A stretch of DNA of 64,000 bases from Ostreococcus lucimarinus. Taxonomy: Eukaryota. The notes under the pieces were generated by a model that did not search any database, was not told the origin of the DNA, and saw nothing but the letters and a program-made list of their open reading frames with translations. The position numbers were made by a program, and so were the translations under genes. Where the stretch lies: NCBI GenBank assembly GCA_000092065.1, contig CP000588.1. One strand, written 5' to 3'. Below, one piece after another: positions 49,386 through 59,523 of the stretch (its first letter is position 1; the number at the start of each line of letters is the position of its first letter).

Positions 49386-50600
49386 CTACGCGAATTCGAC
49401 GAAAGCCGTGACGCCAGTTTCAGTGGGACTCGCGATGACGACTTCGCCGTCGACGTTATTAGCTCTAGAAGCCGCCATCATGGCGTCGGCGACCATGGAC
49501 GCCTTAAACGTGCCTGCGGTATCGTTTTCGACCGATCCACCGTGCCCGCCGACGACGGCTAACACCGTCGGACCCGCGCCGCTCATGAAGCAACCCTGCG
49601 CGCCCGCCTTGAGCGCCGCGTCGATCAAGCCGTCCAAACCGAATGGCTTCCCGCGAATGGGCTGGTGAATCACGTCTTGCGTGGCGTATCGCAACAACTC
49701 GAGGTTGCCCGTCGCGAACGCGTTCACGAGTAAACCCGCGCGCGCGATGTTGTGCACCGCGTCCGCGATGGGAAGCGTCGGCGACAGTTGCGCGCGCGTC
49801 TCCGCCGTGAGCGATTGAAACTTGGGAATAAAAAGCACCGTTTGCACATCCTTCGGGCACGACACGCGTTGCGTGATCCATTGATTATCGTCGTTGATGC
49901 TGATTTGGAATCCGCCGTAGATGGCCGGCGCGACGTTGTCCGGATGCCCCTCGATGTCGCTCGCCAAATTTAACAAAATTTGCTTCGTGCGCGGTGCATC
50001 CACATCCATCCCCCCCAGCGCGAGCCCGCACGCGAGCCCGCTCACGAGCGCCGCGCTGCTACTCCCGAGCCCTCTCGCCGGCGGGATTCGATTCACGCTC
50101 GTGAATCGCAAATCCTTCGGCAATTTCATCCCCGGTCGCGCCGCCTCGAACCCCGCCCGCACCGCGTCGTAAATCGCGTTCGTCTCATCCCTCGGCAATT
50201 CCTCCCTTCCCTCGCCCTCGATCTCGATCGCGAACGTCCCTCGCTCGACGATCAATTCGTTTCGCACGTCCACCGCGAATCCAAAGCAATCGAATCCCGG
50301 TCCCATGTTCGCGCTCGTCGCCGGCACGCTCAGGATCAGTCGCTCGCCCGCCTCCAGCGCGCAGTCCGACCCCTCGATCACCCACGCGTCGACGTCCGTG
50401 GACCATCGGTGCGCGGCGATCGTGCTCTTCGTCGTCCCGCCCGCGCGCGCGACGTGCAGCGCGCCGCGCGCGCGCGCGACGGAGACGGAGACGGCGCGCG
50501 GCGGCGTCGAGGTTGAGGTTTTCGTCGCGGACGCGCGACGGCCGAGCGCGGCGCGAGGCGCGCGAGGCGCGGCGCGAGGACGCGCGGCGAGCGATGGCAT
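49386..50600 (-). CDS. THRB: Homoserine kinase (ThrB, GHMP kinase family), plastid-targeted
   Basis: It has PATSANMGPGFDCFGFAV, the GHMP motif PPARGLGSSSAALVSG, and the C-terminal GKPFGLDGLIDAALKAGAQGCFMSGAGPTV. The first ATG (MPSLAARPRAAP, a presequence) is at 50600. The track ORF (to 51419) has a long Arg-rich non-ATG upstream extension. Confidence 0.8.
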   Translation of the reverse strand: MPSLAARPRAAPRAPRAALGRRASATKTSTSTPPRAVSVSVARARGALHVARAGGTTKSTIAAHRWSTDVDAWVIEGSDCALEAGERLILSVPATSANMGPGFDCFGFAVDVRNELIVERGTFAIEIEGEGREELPRDETNAIYDAVRAGFEAARPGMKLPKDLRFTSVNRIPPARGLGSSSAALVSGLACGLALGGMDVDAPRTKQILLNLASDIEGHPDNVAPAIYGGFQISINDDNQWITQRVSCPKDVQTVLFIPKFQSLTAETRAQLSPTLPIADAVHNIARAGLLVNAFATGNLELLRYATQDVIHQPIRGKPFGLDGLIDAALKAGAQGCFMSGAGPTVLAVVGGHGGSVENDTAGTFKASMVADAMMAASRANNVDGEVVIASPTETGVTAFVEFA

Positions 50601-50746
50601 GGCGCGCGGCGCGCGGGCGCGGCGTCGCGGCGCGCCGAGGCGGCGGCGTGTGCGGCGCGACTCGGACGCGGCGACGGCGGCGAAGCGGCGAAGCGCCGCG
50701 GCGGCGAAGCGAACGCGCGGGGATGCGTGCTGATTCACAGACCGAG

Positions 50747-51913
50747 TCACGCGTCGCGAGCGCCGGTTTCGAGGGCGACGACGTGGCGCAGACGCGCGCG
50801 GAGCGCAGACGCCGCGCGCGGGTCGTCGAATGTGAACAAACGCCTCTGGACGGCGACGTCGGCGGACGCGTCGGCGGCGTCGGCGTACCAAGACGGGTCG
50901 ATGCCCGCGCGCGCGCGGTCGTCGTGATTGAAAGGACCGCGCAGCGCGTCCGGCGCGAGACGTTGAATGTACGCGCGGAACGTCGCGGCGGCGACGTCGT
51001 CCGCGCGCGCGTCGTCGTCGTCGTCGCCGAGCGCGGCGCACACGGTGCGAAACCACGTCGCGCCGACGGCGACGTGTGCAATTTCCTCCTCGCTGATCCT
51101 CGCGACGATCGCCGCGCTGCGCGCGTCGCCGTGCCCGACCAACCGCTCCACGAGGCGCGGACCGGCGTCCAACCCGCGCGCCTCCTGCATGCACGGCACC
51201 ACCGCGAGCCGCGCCAGCGGGTCGTCGCGCGTCGCCTCGCACCCCTCCCACAGCACGTCGTGCGCCGCCACGTCCCCGTACGCCACCCCGAGCTCCTCCA
51301 GCCGCTGCAGGCACCACAGCAAGTGCCTCGACTCGTCGTCCGCGACGTGCGCGAAGTCCACGAAGAACTGATCCGGCAGCGCGCCTCGCAAATCCGCGAA
51401 CCGTCCCACCGTGTCCCACGCCAAATCGATCGCGTTCAGCTCGATGTGCGTCACCGTGTGCATCGCGTGCGCCGCCGCCCCCAGCGGCGAATTTTTCGGC
51501 GACGGCACCTCTTTCGGCGGCACCAGTCTCGGTTTCGCCGGTCGCGCCGGTCGCGTCGGCATGTCGCTCGCGCGCGTCGTCGCGTCCGCGATGTCAATCT
51601 TCCCTCTCACTAATAACCCATACGCCACATGGCTCAGTCGCGCCTTCTCTCTCGGGCACGCCGTCGCGACGATCTCGCGCGCGCGGCTCGCGAGCGCGCG
51701 CGCGTCGCCCCCGTCGTCGCGCGCGCGCGCGTCCGCCGTCGTCGTCGGTTCGTCGCCGTCGCCCCACGCGCGTCGCGCGTCGAGCGCTTTTTCGCGCCAT
51801 CGCTCGAGCCCGTCCCATTGCGCGCGCGACCGCGCGCGTCGGCGCCGTCGCGCGCCGTCCGCGGCGCCGTGACGCGCGGTCGCGACGACGCCGCGCGACG
51901 CCGCGCGGCGCAT
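50747..51913 (-). CDS. DUF455-family ferritin-like (di-iron fold) protein
   Basis: The C-terminal part reads EKARLSHVAYGLL...AAAHAMHTVTHIELNAIDLAWDTVGRF...HVADDESRHLLWCLQRLEELGVAYGD...VVPCMQEARGLDAGPRL. The track ORF (to 53044) is extended upstream through antisense of the WDR70 gene. The ATG is at 51913. Confidence 0.5.
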   Translation of the reverse strand: MRRAASRGVVATARHGAADGARRRRRARSRAQWDGLERWREKALDARRAWGDGDEPTTTADARARDDGGDARALASRAREIVATACPREKARLSHVAYGLLVRGKIDIADATTRASDMPTRPARPAKPRLVPPKEVPSPKNSPLGAAAHAMHTVTHIELNAIDLAWDTVGRFADLRGALPDQFFVDFAHVADDESRHLLWCLQRLEELGVAYGDVAAHDVLWEGCEATRDDPLARLAVVPCMQEARGLDAGPRLVERLVGHGDARSAAIVARISEEEIAHVAVGATWFRTVCAALGDDDDDARADDVAAATFRAYIQRLAPDALRGPFNHDDRARAGIDPSWYADAADASADVAVQRRLFTFDDPRAASALRARLRHVVALETGARDA

Positions 51914-52022
51914 GCCTGCCGCGCGCGCCGATCGCGCGCGTGCGCGGCGTCGTCGAGTGGCGAACGAACGCGTCGTCGACCGCACTCGACGGCGCGGATC
52001 GCGGCGCGCAGTGGGACGGACG

Positions 52023-52274
52023 ATGCGGGACGACGACGACGACGAGGCGCTTCGCGCGCTCGCGCGACGGCGCGCGATGGCGCGCGTGGCGATGCGCGCG
52101 AGCGACGGCGGCGCGATGGCGGCGCTCGTGCGAAGGCAACGCGCGCTCGAGGACGACGCGGATCGAGCGCGCGCGGCGTTTCCGACGGCGTTCGGGCGAG
52201 GCGGGGGGGCGGGCGCGACGGCGAGGGACGTCGTGGACGACGGCGCGCGCGCGACGGCGGCGCTGGGCGCGAGG

Positions 52275-52325
<51 letters not shown>

Positions 52326-53921
52326 GCGGACCGGGGAAGCGGCGAGGAGGAATACGAGGAAGAGGACGCGATTCCGCGCGCGGCGGAGGCGGTGATGGAG
52401 GGATTTAAGAAACCGGCGACGTGCTGCGCGGTGGATCGATCGGGGGCGCGAATGGCGGCGGGATCTTCGGACGGCGTCGTGCGGTTGTACGATTTCAACG
52501 GGATGAAGCGGGATTTACAACCGTTTCGGTCGATCGCGCCGCGCGAGGGGTACCCGATACACGCCGTCGATTGGTCGCCGACGGGGGACATGTTCGTCGC
52601 GGCGAGCGGGAGCTGGCAGCCGACGGTGCACGACAGAGATGGGGTCGAATTGGGGGAATTCGACAAGGGCGACATGTACATCAGAGATTTGAGGAATACC
52701 AAAGGACACGTCGCGGCGACGACGGACGTGAAGTGGAACCCGCTGGATAAGGAGACGATTTGCACCGCGGGAGAGGACGGTGCGCTGCGTTTGTGGGACG
52801 TCACGTACCTGGGCGACGCGCGCGGGTCGCAAAAGGCGGTGCTCAAGCCGCAGCAAGTCAAGCCGGGGCGCGTGCAAGTGACGTCGTGCGCGTACTCGCA
52901 CGACGGAGATTTGATCGCGGGTGGAATCACGGACGGTAGCGTGCAAATCTTCTCGTCCAAGGGCTCGCAGTATAAATCCGCAACCATCGGCTTGGTCCTA
53001 CCGCCTTCGCAGCAGTGCAAACTCGACAACCACTGGACGTTCAACGGACGACCGAGTCATCTCTTCAAAGGCGCGCATCCGGCGGGCGAGGAGGTGACGT
53101 CGCTTTCGTTCGGTAGGGACGGTCGCACGCTGCTTTCGCGTTGCGAAGACGGTACGCTAAACGTGTGGGATCTGCGCAACGTCAAGGCGCCCTTGAAGCG
53201 GTTCGAAGATTTACCGACGCGCCACAGCGAAACCACGGTGGGTTGGTCGCCAAACGACGTGTACTTCTTCACCGGCGTCGACGCCGAGCGCGACTCGCGC
53301 GGCGGTAACACGCAGGGCGGTCTCTGTTTCTTCGACAGAGAAAAGCTCGAGATGGTGCATCGCGTTTCGACGCCGACGAATTGCATCGCGGCGACTTGGC
53401 ATCCGCGTCTGAACCAAATCTTCGTCGGCTGCGGCGACGCCAAAGGCGGGGAGTTGCGCGTGCTCTACGACCCCAAAAAGTCCATGGGCGGCATCACGCA
53501 GGCTGTGGGTAAAGCGGTGCGTAAAAAGGCGGATGATTTCGTCCGCATCGATGTGCAAGAAATTTCTTACACCCCGAACGCGCTACCAGCGTTCAAGGAA
53601 CAAATGCCGGGCAAACGCAAGCTCGACTCGACGGACATCGCGCGCCAGGCTCTGCGAAAGAACCCGAGCAAGGCGGTGACGAATATGGACAAGAGCGGTG
53701 TGTTGACCGGGGGCACGGGAGCATCGCTTCTCACGCAGCACATAATGCACAACAACGAAGAGCTCGGCGAAAAGAACTGGATGAAGACGGACGCGAGAGA
53801 GTCCATCCTGCGGCACGCCGAGAAAGCCGCCGCGAATCCGATGTTTACGAAAAAAGCTTACGAGCACACGCAGCCGAAAGAAATCTGGCGCGAGGAAGAA
53901 AAAGAAGGAGATTCCGATTGA
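52023..53921 (+). CDS. WDR70: WD repeat-containing protein 70 (WDR70) homolog
   Basis: RLYDFNGMKRDLQPFRSI...HDRDGVELGEFDKGDMYIRDLRNTKGH matches WDR70 KFWDFAGMDASFKAFRSL...IDRDGFEVMECIKGDQYIVDMANTKGH. The C-terminal TWHPRLNQIFVGCGD...VLYDPKKS...YTPNALPAFKE...REAILRHAEKAAANP also matches WDR70. Confidence 0.8.
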
Positions 53922-54006
53922 TTAGCGCGAGGAGAATCCGATTGATTAGCTTGGCCTAGCGCGCGTGGTAATTTACACATTCTTCTACAGCGACTCGAAT
54001 CGCTTC

Positions 54007-55071
54007 TCAGCGCCGACCCATCAGATGGCCCATGAGTTTGTTCGTGACGGCAGCCTTCTTTTGCGCTTGCGTCTTTTCGGGCTCGGCGTCATCCAACGCG
54101 AGATTCGATCCATTTTCTACGACCCGCACGGTTGGTTTCGCGGGTTCCGCCGCGAGCGCTATCAAGTCGGCGCGCAACAGCGCCTCGGCGTCTCGCGCCG
54201 ACGCGAAGGACGTCGCGCCCTTCGCTCCCACGCGCACGCGCGCCGCGGGCGCCATCCCCGCGCTCAGCAGCGTCGCATCGTCGTTTCGAGAGAAAACGCG
54301 CTTTGGTGGCGTCACGAACAATTCCACGCTCTCGGCCACCGCTCGATCGCGCGCGCATCGCGCGACGAACTCGTACAAGTCTCGCACGCGCTCGCTCGCC
54401 GCGAACGACGCCTCGACGACCAAATCGCTCGGCGGTGGCAGCGTGAACCGAATCGCCGCGCGCGTCGGTTTCGGCTTCCCCATCGCCGCCGCTTCTCGCA
54501 TCTTCTTCGTCATCAACACCGGCTCTTCCCTCGACCTTTTCATCAGCGCCGCCGCGTCCGTCGTCGTGAGCTCGTAAAACGCCTCGGGCAGGTCCTCCCC
54601 CGCGTCGTTCGGCCCCTCCTCGATCTCCACCTCCCGACGTATCACCCTGAACGCCCGTCCCAGCGCGTCCAGCGCGCGCGCATCGCCCGTCCCATCGCCC
54701 GTCGCCTCGACCGCCTTCTCCGTCGTCGTCGTCGTCGTCGTCGTCGTCGCGCGTCTCGCCGTCGTCGCGCGTCTCGCCGTCGTCCGCGCGCCCTCCTCTC
54801 GCCGCCGCGCCTCCACGCGCGCGCCTCGCGGGTGATTGAGGTACCGAATCGCCGTTCGCAGGTCGTCGCTCGACGCGCGTGCGCCGTCGACGGTGACCTC
54901 GTGCGTCGGCGCCGCGCCGTCGTCGGTCGTCTCGATCGTCATCGTCGTCGTCGCGCCGCGCGTCGCGCGCAGCTTCGCCGCGCACGCCGCGACCGCGTCG
55001 CCGAGCGTCATCATCGGCGTCGCGTCGACGACGACGCGCGCGCCGTCGACGCGCGCCTCGAACGGCGGCAT
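54007..55071 (-). CDS. ASPSCR1/TUG/Ubx4-like protein (N-terminal TUG-UBL1 domain plus C-terminal UBX domain)
   Basis: The N-terminal MPPFEARVDGARVVVDATPMMTLGDAVAACAAKL has the TUG-UBL1 pattern. The UBX-like domain is AAIRFTLPPPSDLVVEASFAASERVRDLYEFV. There is a poly-Thr tract. The ATG is at 55071. Confidence 0.6.
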   Translation of the reverse strand: MPPFEARVDGARVVVDATPMMTLGDAVAACAAKLRATRGATTTMTIETTDDGAAPTHEVTVDGARASSDDLRTAIRYLNHPRGARVEARRREEGARTTARRATTARRATTTTTTTTTEKAVEATGDGTGDARALDALGRAFRVIRREVEIEEGPNDAGEDLPEAFYELTTTDAAALMKRSREEPVLMTKKMREAAAMGKPKPTRAAIRFTLPPPSDLVVEASFAASERVRDLYEFVARCARDRAVAESVELFVTPPKRVFSRNDDATLLSAGMAPAARVRVGAKGATSFASARDAEALLRADLIALAAEPAKPTVRVVENGSNLALDDAEPEKTQAQKKAAVTNKLMGHLMGRR

Positions 55072-55199
55072 CGCGTCGCGGCGTGCGTCGTCGAGTGCGG
55101 ATTCGGATTCGGCGACGCGCCGCAGATTCCGACGCCGCGCGCGACGGCCCGCGACGACGCGCGCCGCGACGCGCACCGCGACGCGCCGCGCCGCGCGCG

Positions 55200-55341
55200 A
55201 TGGCCAAGCTCGGGAAGCGCGCGAAGAAGTTTCAGCGGAAACACCTCGACGCCGAGCTCCGCCGCCGGAAGACAAGGAAGATTAAAAAACAGCGCGATGG
55301 CGCGCGCGCGCGACGCGCGGAGGCGCGAAAGAGCGATGAAG
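55200..55341 (+). CDS. NOC2: Nucleolar complex protein 2 (NOC2), exon 1
   Basis: MAKLGKRAKKFQRKHLDAELRRRKTRKIKKQR matches yeast Noc2 [32 protein letters not shown]. It ends at a G|GTGCGT donor, phase 1. Confidence 0.8.
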
Positions 55342-55456
55342 GTGCGTCGGCGCGATGCGGCGAACGAATCGCGGGCGCGGACGGGGACCGGACGCGGGGG
55401 GGGCGAGGGATGGGTGACTGACGCGAGGGACCGGGTTCGGGGCGACGCGCGAACAG

Positions 55457-57807
55457 AGAGCGACGACGACGAGGAGAGCGAGGAGAGCGACGCGAGCGAG
55501 GGCGAGGCGCCGGGGGGGGGTGGGAAGAAGAGGGTTGAGGATATGTCGATCGATGAGTTTTTGAATCAGAGCGATTTCGAGGACGAGGACGAGGAGGAGG
55601 AGGAGGAGGAGGACGACGAGGCGGCGGCTGAGAGCGAGAGCGAGAGCGAGAGCGAGGACGCCGGGACGGATGAGGACGAGGAGGAATCTTCGGATGAGGA
55701 CGAGGAGGACGATGATTTGAAAGGGGTGACGCGTGAGAACGGTAAGATGCGGGAGGACGTGAAGTCGCACAAAAAATCGTTGGAGAAGCTCAAGGAGACG
55801 GATCCCGAATTTTATGAGTTTTTGCAAGAGGAGGATCAGGACCTGCTCGAATTTGACGAAGACGAAGACGAGGACGATGAGGACGATGAGGACGAAGACG
55901 AAGATTCTGGTGATGAACGTGCAGAGCGAAAGAAGAAAAAGTTGCGAACGCTCACGACGGAAATCGTCAAGAAGTTGTGCGCCAACGCCGAAGGAGGGAA
56001 ATCTCTGGGCGGCGCGAAAGCTTTATTCCAGGCGTATAGAGCGGCGTGTCACTTTGGCGACGATGAAAACGATGGTGATGAGTCGAGCGTGCGTTTGGCA
56101 TCTTCGAGCGCGTTTCATGAACTCGTTCAATTCACTCTGATGAATGGCGACGGCATCCTCAGAGCATTGCTCGGGGTACAGGACGACGAAATCGACGACG
56201 GAAACCGGTCTTTCAAACCTCACACCAACGCCAGATGGAAGAAAGTTCAACCGTTAGCGAAATCGTTCGTTGGAAATACTTTGCACTTGCTCGGCAACCT
56301 CACCGATGCCGAAATGACGGGCATGGTGCTCCGACAACTGAAAGCTTCAACTCCATTCATGGCGACGTTTGAGCGTTTAATCAAACGAGTCACGCGTACT
56401 GCGTTACACTGCTTCGGTAGTGGTGAACCTTCCGTGCGAGTTCAAGCTATTTTACTCCTTCGAGCACTAGCGGTTGGCTTGCCACCGCCGGCTCTGGAGC
56501 GAGTCGCCAAGGGTGTTTACAGAACGTTTGCATCAAACGCCAAGTTTGTCAACGCCGAGTCTGTGGAGCATATCGCGTTCATGTCGACGTGCGTGGTCGA
56601 AATCTTTGGTCTCGATCAGCAACAATCCTATCCGTTAGCGTTCACGTACATAAGACAGCTCGCTTCTCTTCTTCGCGGTGCGCTGACTGCGAAGAGTAAG
56701 GAAGCTTTCCGAAACGTGTACTGCTGGCAATACGTGAACTGCCTGGAGTGTTGGGAACGCGTGTTAAGCGCACACGCGCGAAGCGAGGATGCCCCGTTGA
56801 GACCTTTAGTGTATCCTTTGGCTCAAGTCGCCCTCGGTGCCGCGCGTTTGTTGCCTTCGGCTCGTTATGCTCCGCTTCGGTTGCGACTCGTGGCTTTGCT
56901 CAACCGTTTGGCGGCGAGCACCGGGCGTTTCATCCCGATTGCGCCTTTGCTCATGGAACTTCTTACTTTTAGCGAGCTCACAAAGCCGCCGGTGTCATCC
57001 AAAGCGCACCCTCCGGATTTCACGATAGTGCTTCGCCTAGCGAAGCAAGATTTGCGTCTACCAGGAGTCCAGGACATCATCGTTGAGTCGTCCATGGAGG
57101 CGCTCGCTGAGCACTTACACCAAAACGCCTACTCTCCAGCGTTTCCTGAGCTTGCGCACATCCCGACGCGAGAGCTTAAGAAGTTTTGCAAATCTGTCAC
57201 GGTCACTCGGTTCAAAAAGTCTGCTCGAGCGGTTATCGATGCAGCTGAGCGGACGAGTGACTGGGTCATTCGCAAGCGCGACAACGTCGACTTTGCGCCG
57301 AAAGATTTAGCAAAGGTGCAAAACTTTTTGAGCGCTGAGAAAGCCGAAGGCAAAGCGCCAGTGTCTCGTCTGGCTAAGACGCTTCATGAGAAGGCTGCAC
57401 AACGCATTGCTGCGCAGCAAGCGACGGAAGTGAAGCTCACGCGCGGTCAGAAAGCATCCACTGGCGCATCCGATAGCGATGAAGACAACCAAGACGAAGA
57501 CGAGCCGGCGGACGAACCGATGGACGGTAACGACGACGAAGAAGACGGAAGCGAGGAGTTTGGCGGCAGTGATAGCGATTCCGACGATGTCATGATCGAC
57601 GGTGACGAGGCGTACGCGGAATTCAAGAAGCGCAAATCCAAGACAAGCGACCACGACGACCTCCAAGGCGACGAGGACAAAGTCGAGGACCTGCAGCTTT
57701 CGTCGGACGACGACGAAGATGACGACGACGCGCCGCCGCGTAAGTCCTCGAAGTCGGCTTCGAAGTCGGCTTCGAAGAAGTCGGCTTCGAAGAAGCGGCG
57801 ATATTGA
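55457..57807 (+). CDS. NOC2: Nucleolar complex protein 2 (NOC2), exon 2
   Basis: After an ACAG acceptor the frame reads ESDDDEESEE...VEDMSIDEFL...HKKSLEKLKETDPEFYEFLQEEDQDLLEF...QLASLLRGALTAKSKEAFRNVYCWQYVNCLECWERVL...LRPLVYPLAQVALGAARLLPSARYAPLRLRLV...FIPIAPLLMELL, which aligns with NOC2L throughout. The 5' part of the 1280-aa track ORF (53965..55199) is antisense to the UBX gene and is rejected. Confidence 0.8.
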
Positions 57808-57948
57808 AAATCGTAGTTTTGTAATTATGAATTTGTGAATTCCTGAGGAAGAAAACGAAAAGGGAGACGGCGGGACGCCCAGAAACGCTCGCACGCGCGC
57901 CGTCGCCGCACAGCGTCGCGCGCCGTCTACCGAGTCCGAAGAATCATC

Positions 57949-59331
57949 ATGCATCTACGTAGACGCGCGCGCAGCGCGATCGTCCTCATCGTCGCGCTCG
58001 CGCACGTCGCGCGCGCGACGGCATACCAATCGCCGTTTCGACGCCACCTCCTCGAGGAGCGCACGTGGCTAATGAACAAGTTCGGCGTGCCGCCCGGCGA
58101 AGAAACGTCGTGCGTGGAAAAGCCTTATAGGTCCACGTGCACTTTGGGCATTAATTGGGACGTAATGTGCGCGCACAGAGTGGATGTCGGCTCGTCGACC
58201 GATCCCACGGAGTGCATCTGCACGCACTGCCCGACCACGTGCGCAGACGTGAACGGGGTGACGGACAGTGCTGATTCGCTGACGGGCACAGTCGACACGT
58301 GCACTGAGATCTATAACTGTACGGAGTTTCTGATGGGTATGAATTGGCATCTCATCGGAAATCCGGACAGTTACCCGTGGAATGAAACTGATTCGTACGG
58401 TTGCGGATGCGGCGTGAGCGTTTGTCCAAGCCCGCCGCCGAGTCCGCCGCCGAGCCCACCGCCGAGTCCGCCGCCGAGTCCGCCGCCGAGTCCGCCGCCG
58501 AGCCCACCGCCGAGCCCACCGCCGAGCCCACCGCCGAGCCCACCGCCGAGCCCACCGCCGAGCCCACCGCCGAGCCCACCGCCGAACCCACCGCCGAGCC
58601 CACCGCCGAGCCCACCACCGAGCCCACCGCCGAGCCCACCACCAAGCCCACCACCGAGCCCGCCAGTGCCAATCGACCGCATTGTTAACGCGACATCCAC
58701 GCTCGTGGGCTATTCATCAAGCGATTTTGACGCGAGTCGGCGCGCGTTCTTTCGCGTGGGTATTGCTAGCGCTCTGTCCGCAATCGACTCGGATGATGTT
58801 GGAATCACGAGCATTACGGATGTCATCGCTAAACGCAGAAGGCGCCTACTCCAATCCATGGCTGTGGATATAGATTACTACGTCTTTGTCGATTCCTTGA
58901 CCAATACGACACTCGTAGAAGTCTCGTCGACGCTAAACACGGCACCACTGCTCACATCTTTACAATCTAGCGGATTGGTTGCCGTGACGGCGGTATCGAC
59001 CGCGGTGCGTGCGCTTCCTTCACCGCCGCCATCACCGCCTCCGGCGCCATCAATCTCTGGTTCCGCCTCGCAAAACATTTCTGCGAACGCTACTTTGACG
59101 GTTGCTGAACAAGATCCTGACTTTTCCGGAGCGCGTGTGGCCGGACTATTTGCCGGTGCGGCCGCAATGTTGTTCACATCCGTCGCGTACCAGTACAGAC
59201 AAAGCATGTTCAACTTATTTCAAACGCGTGCGTCCAAACCAACCAACACCGCCGGCGGTTCGAGAAAGTCCGCATTCGACGATAAGTCATCCAACGCCGC
59301 CGAAGACTTCATCACAAAGGCCTGCGAGTGA
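57949..59331 (+). CDS. Secreted/membrane-anchored hydroxyproline-rich glycoprotein (extensin/pherophorin-like) with (SPPP)n repeat and C-terminal TM anchor
   Basis: It has a signal-peptide-like N-terminus SAIVLIVALAHVARATA, a Cys-rich N domain, about 22 SPPP repeats, a globular C-domain, and the TM helix GLFAGAAAMLFTSVAYQY. Confidence 0.6.
   Translation: MHLRRRARSAIVLIVALAHVARATAYQSPFRRHLLEERTWLMNKFGVPPGEETSCVEKPYRSTCTLGINWDVMCAHRVDVGSSTDPTECICTHCPTTCADVNGVTDSADSLTGTVDTCTEIYNCTEFLMGMNWHLIGNPDSYPWNETDSYGCGCGVSVCPSPPPSPPPSPPPSPPPSPPPSPPPSPPPSPPPSPPPSPPPSPPPSPPPSPPPNPPPSPPPSPPPSPPPSPPPSPPPSPPVPIDRIVNATSTLVGYSSSDFDASRRAFFRVGIASALSAIDSDDVGITSITDVIAKRRRRLLQSMAVDIDYYVFVDSLTNTTLVEVSSTLNTAPLLTSLQSSGLVAVTAVSTAVRALPSPPPSPPPAPSISGSASQNISANATLTVAEQDPDFSGARVAGLFAGAAAMLFTSVAYQYRQSMFNLFQTRASKPTNTAGGSRKSAFDDKSSNAAEDFITKACE
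58434..58670. repeat. 12-bp coding minisatellite (agcccaccgccg / agtccgccgccg)n encoding (SPPP)n
   Basis: Direct reading of the sequence. Confidence 0.9.
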
Positions 59332-59523
59332 TTGCTAATGAATGAAATAATCAAGACATTTTATTAATAACACGCCGGAGAGCCATGGCGGCTCCCAGAA
59401 CGAAAGAATAGAGATCGAAATACATATATGCGCGCCAAGCTCGATGGTGTTAAAAGTAAAAGGCGGTATACAACTCTTCTGGAAGAGAATTCGGAAAATT
59501 GAATTTATTGATTTGTGACGGTT

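Noticed and set aside
50747-53044. 765-aa minus ORF taken as one gene
   Set aside because: Only the C-terminal ~389 codons (50747..51913) look like a real DUF455 gene. The upstream 376 codons are antisense to the WDR70 coding region and are poly-Pro/Ser low complexity.
53965-55199. 5' 410 codons of the 1280-aa plus ORF
   Set aside because: They are antisense to the ASPSCR1/UBX gene. The real NOC2 gene starts at 55200 in another frame and joins this frame through a 115-bp intron.
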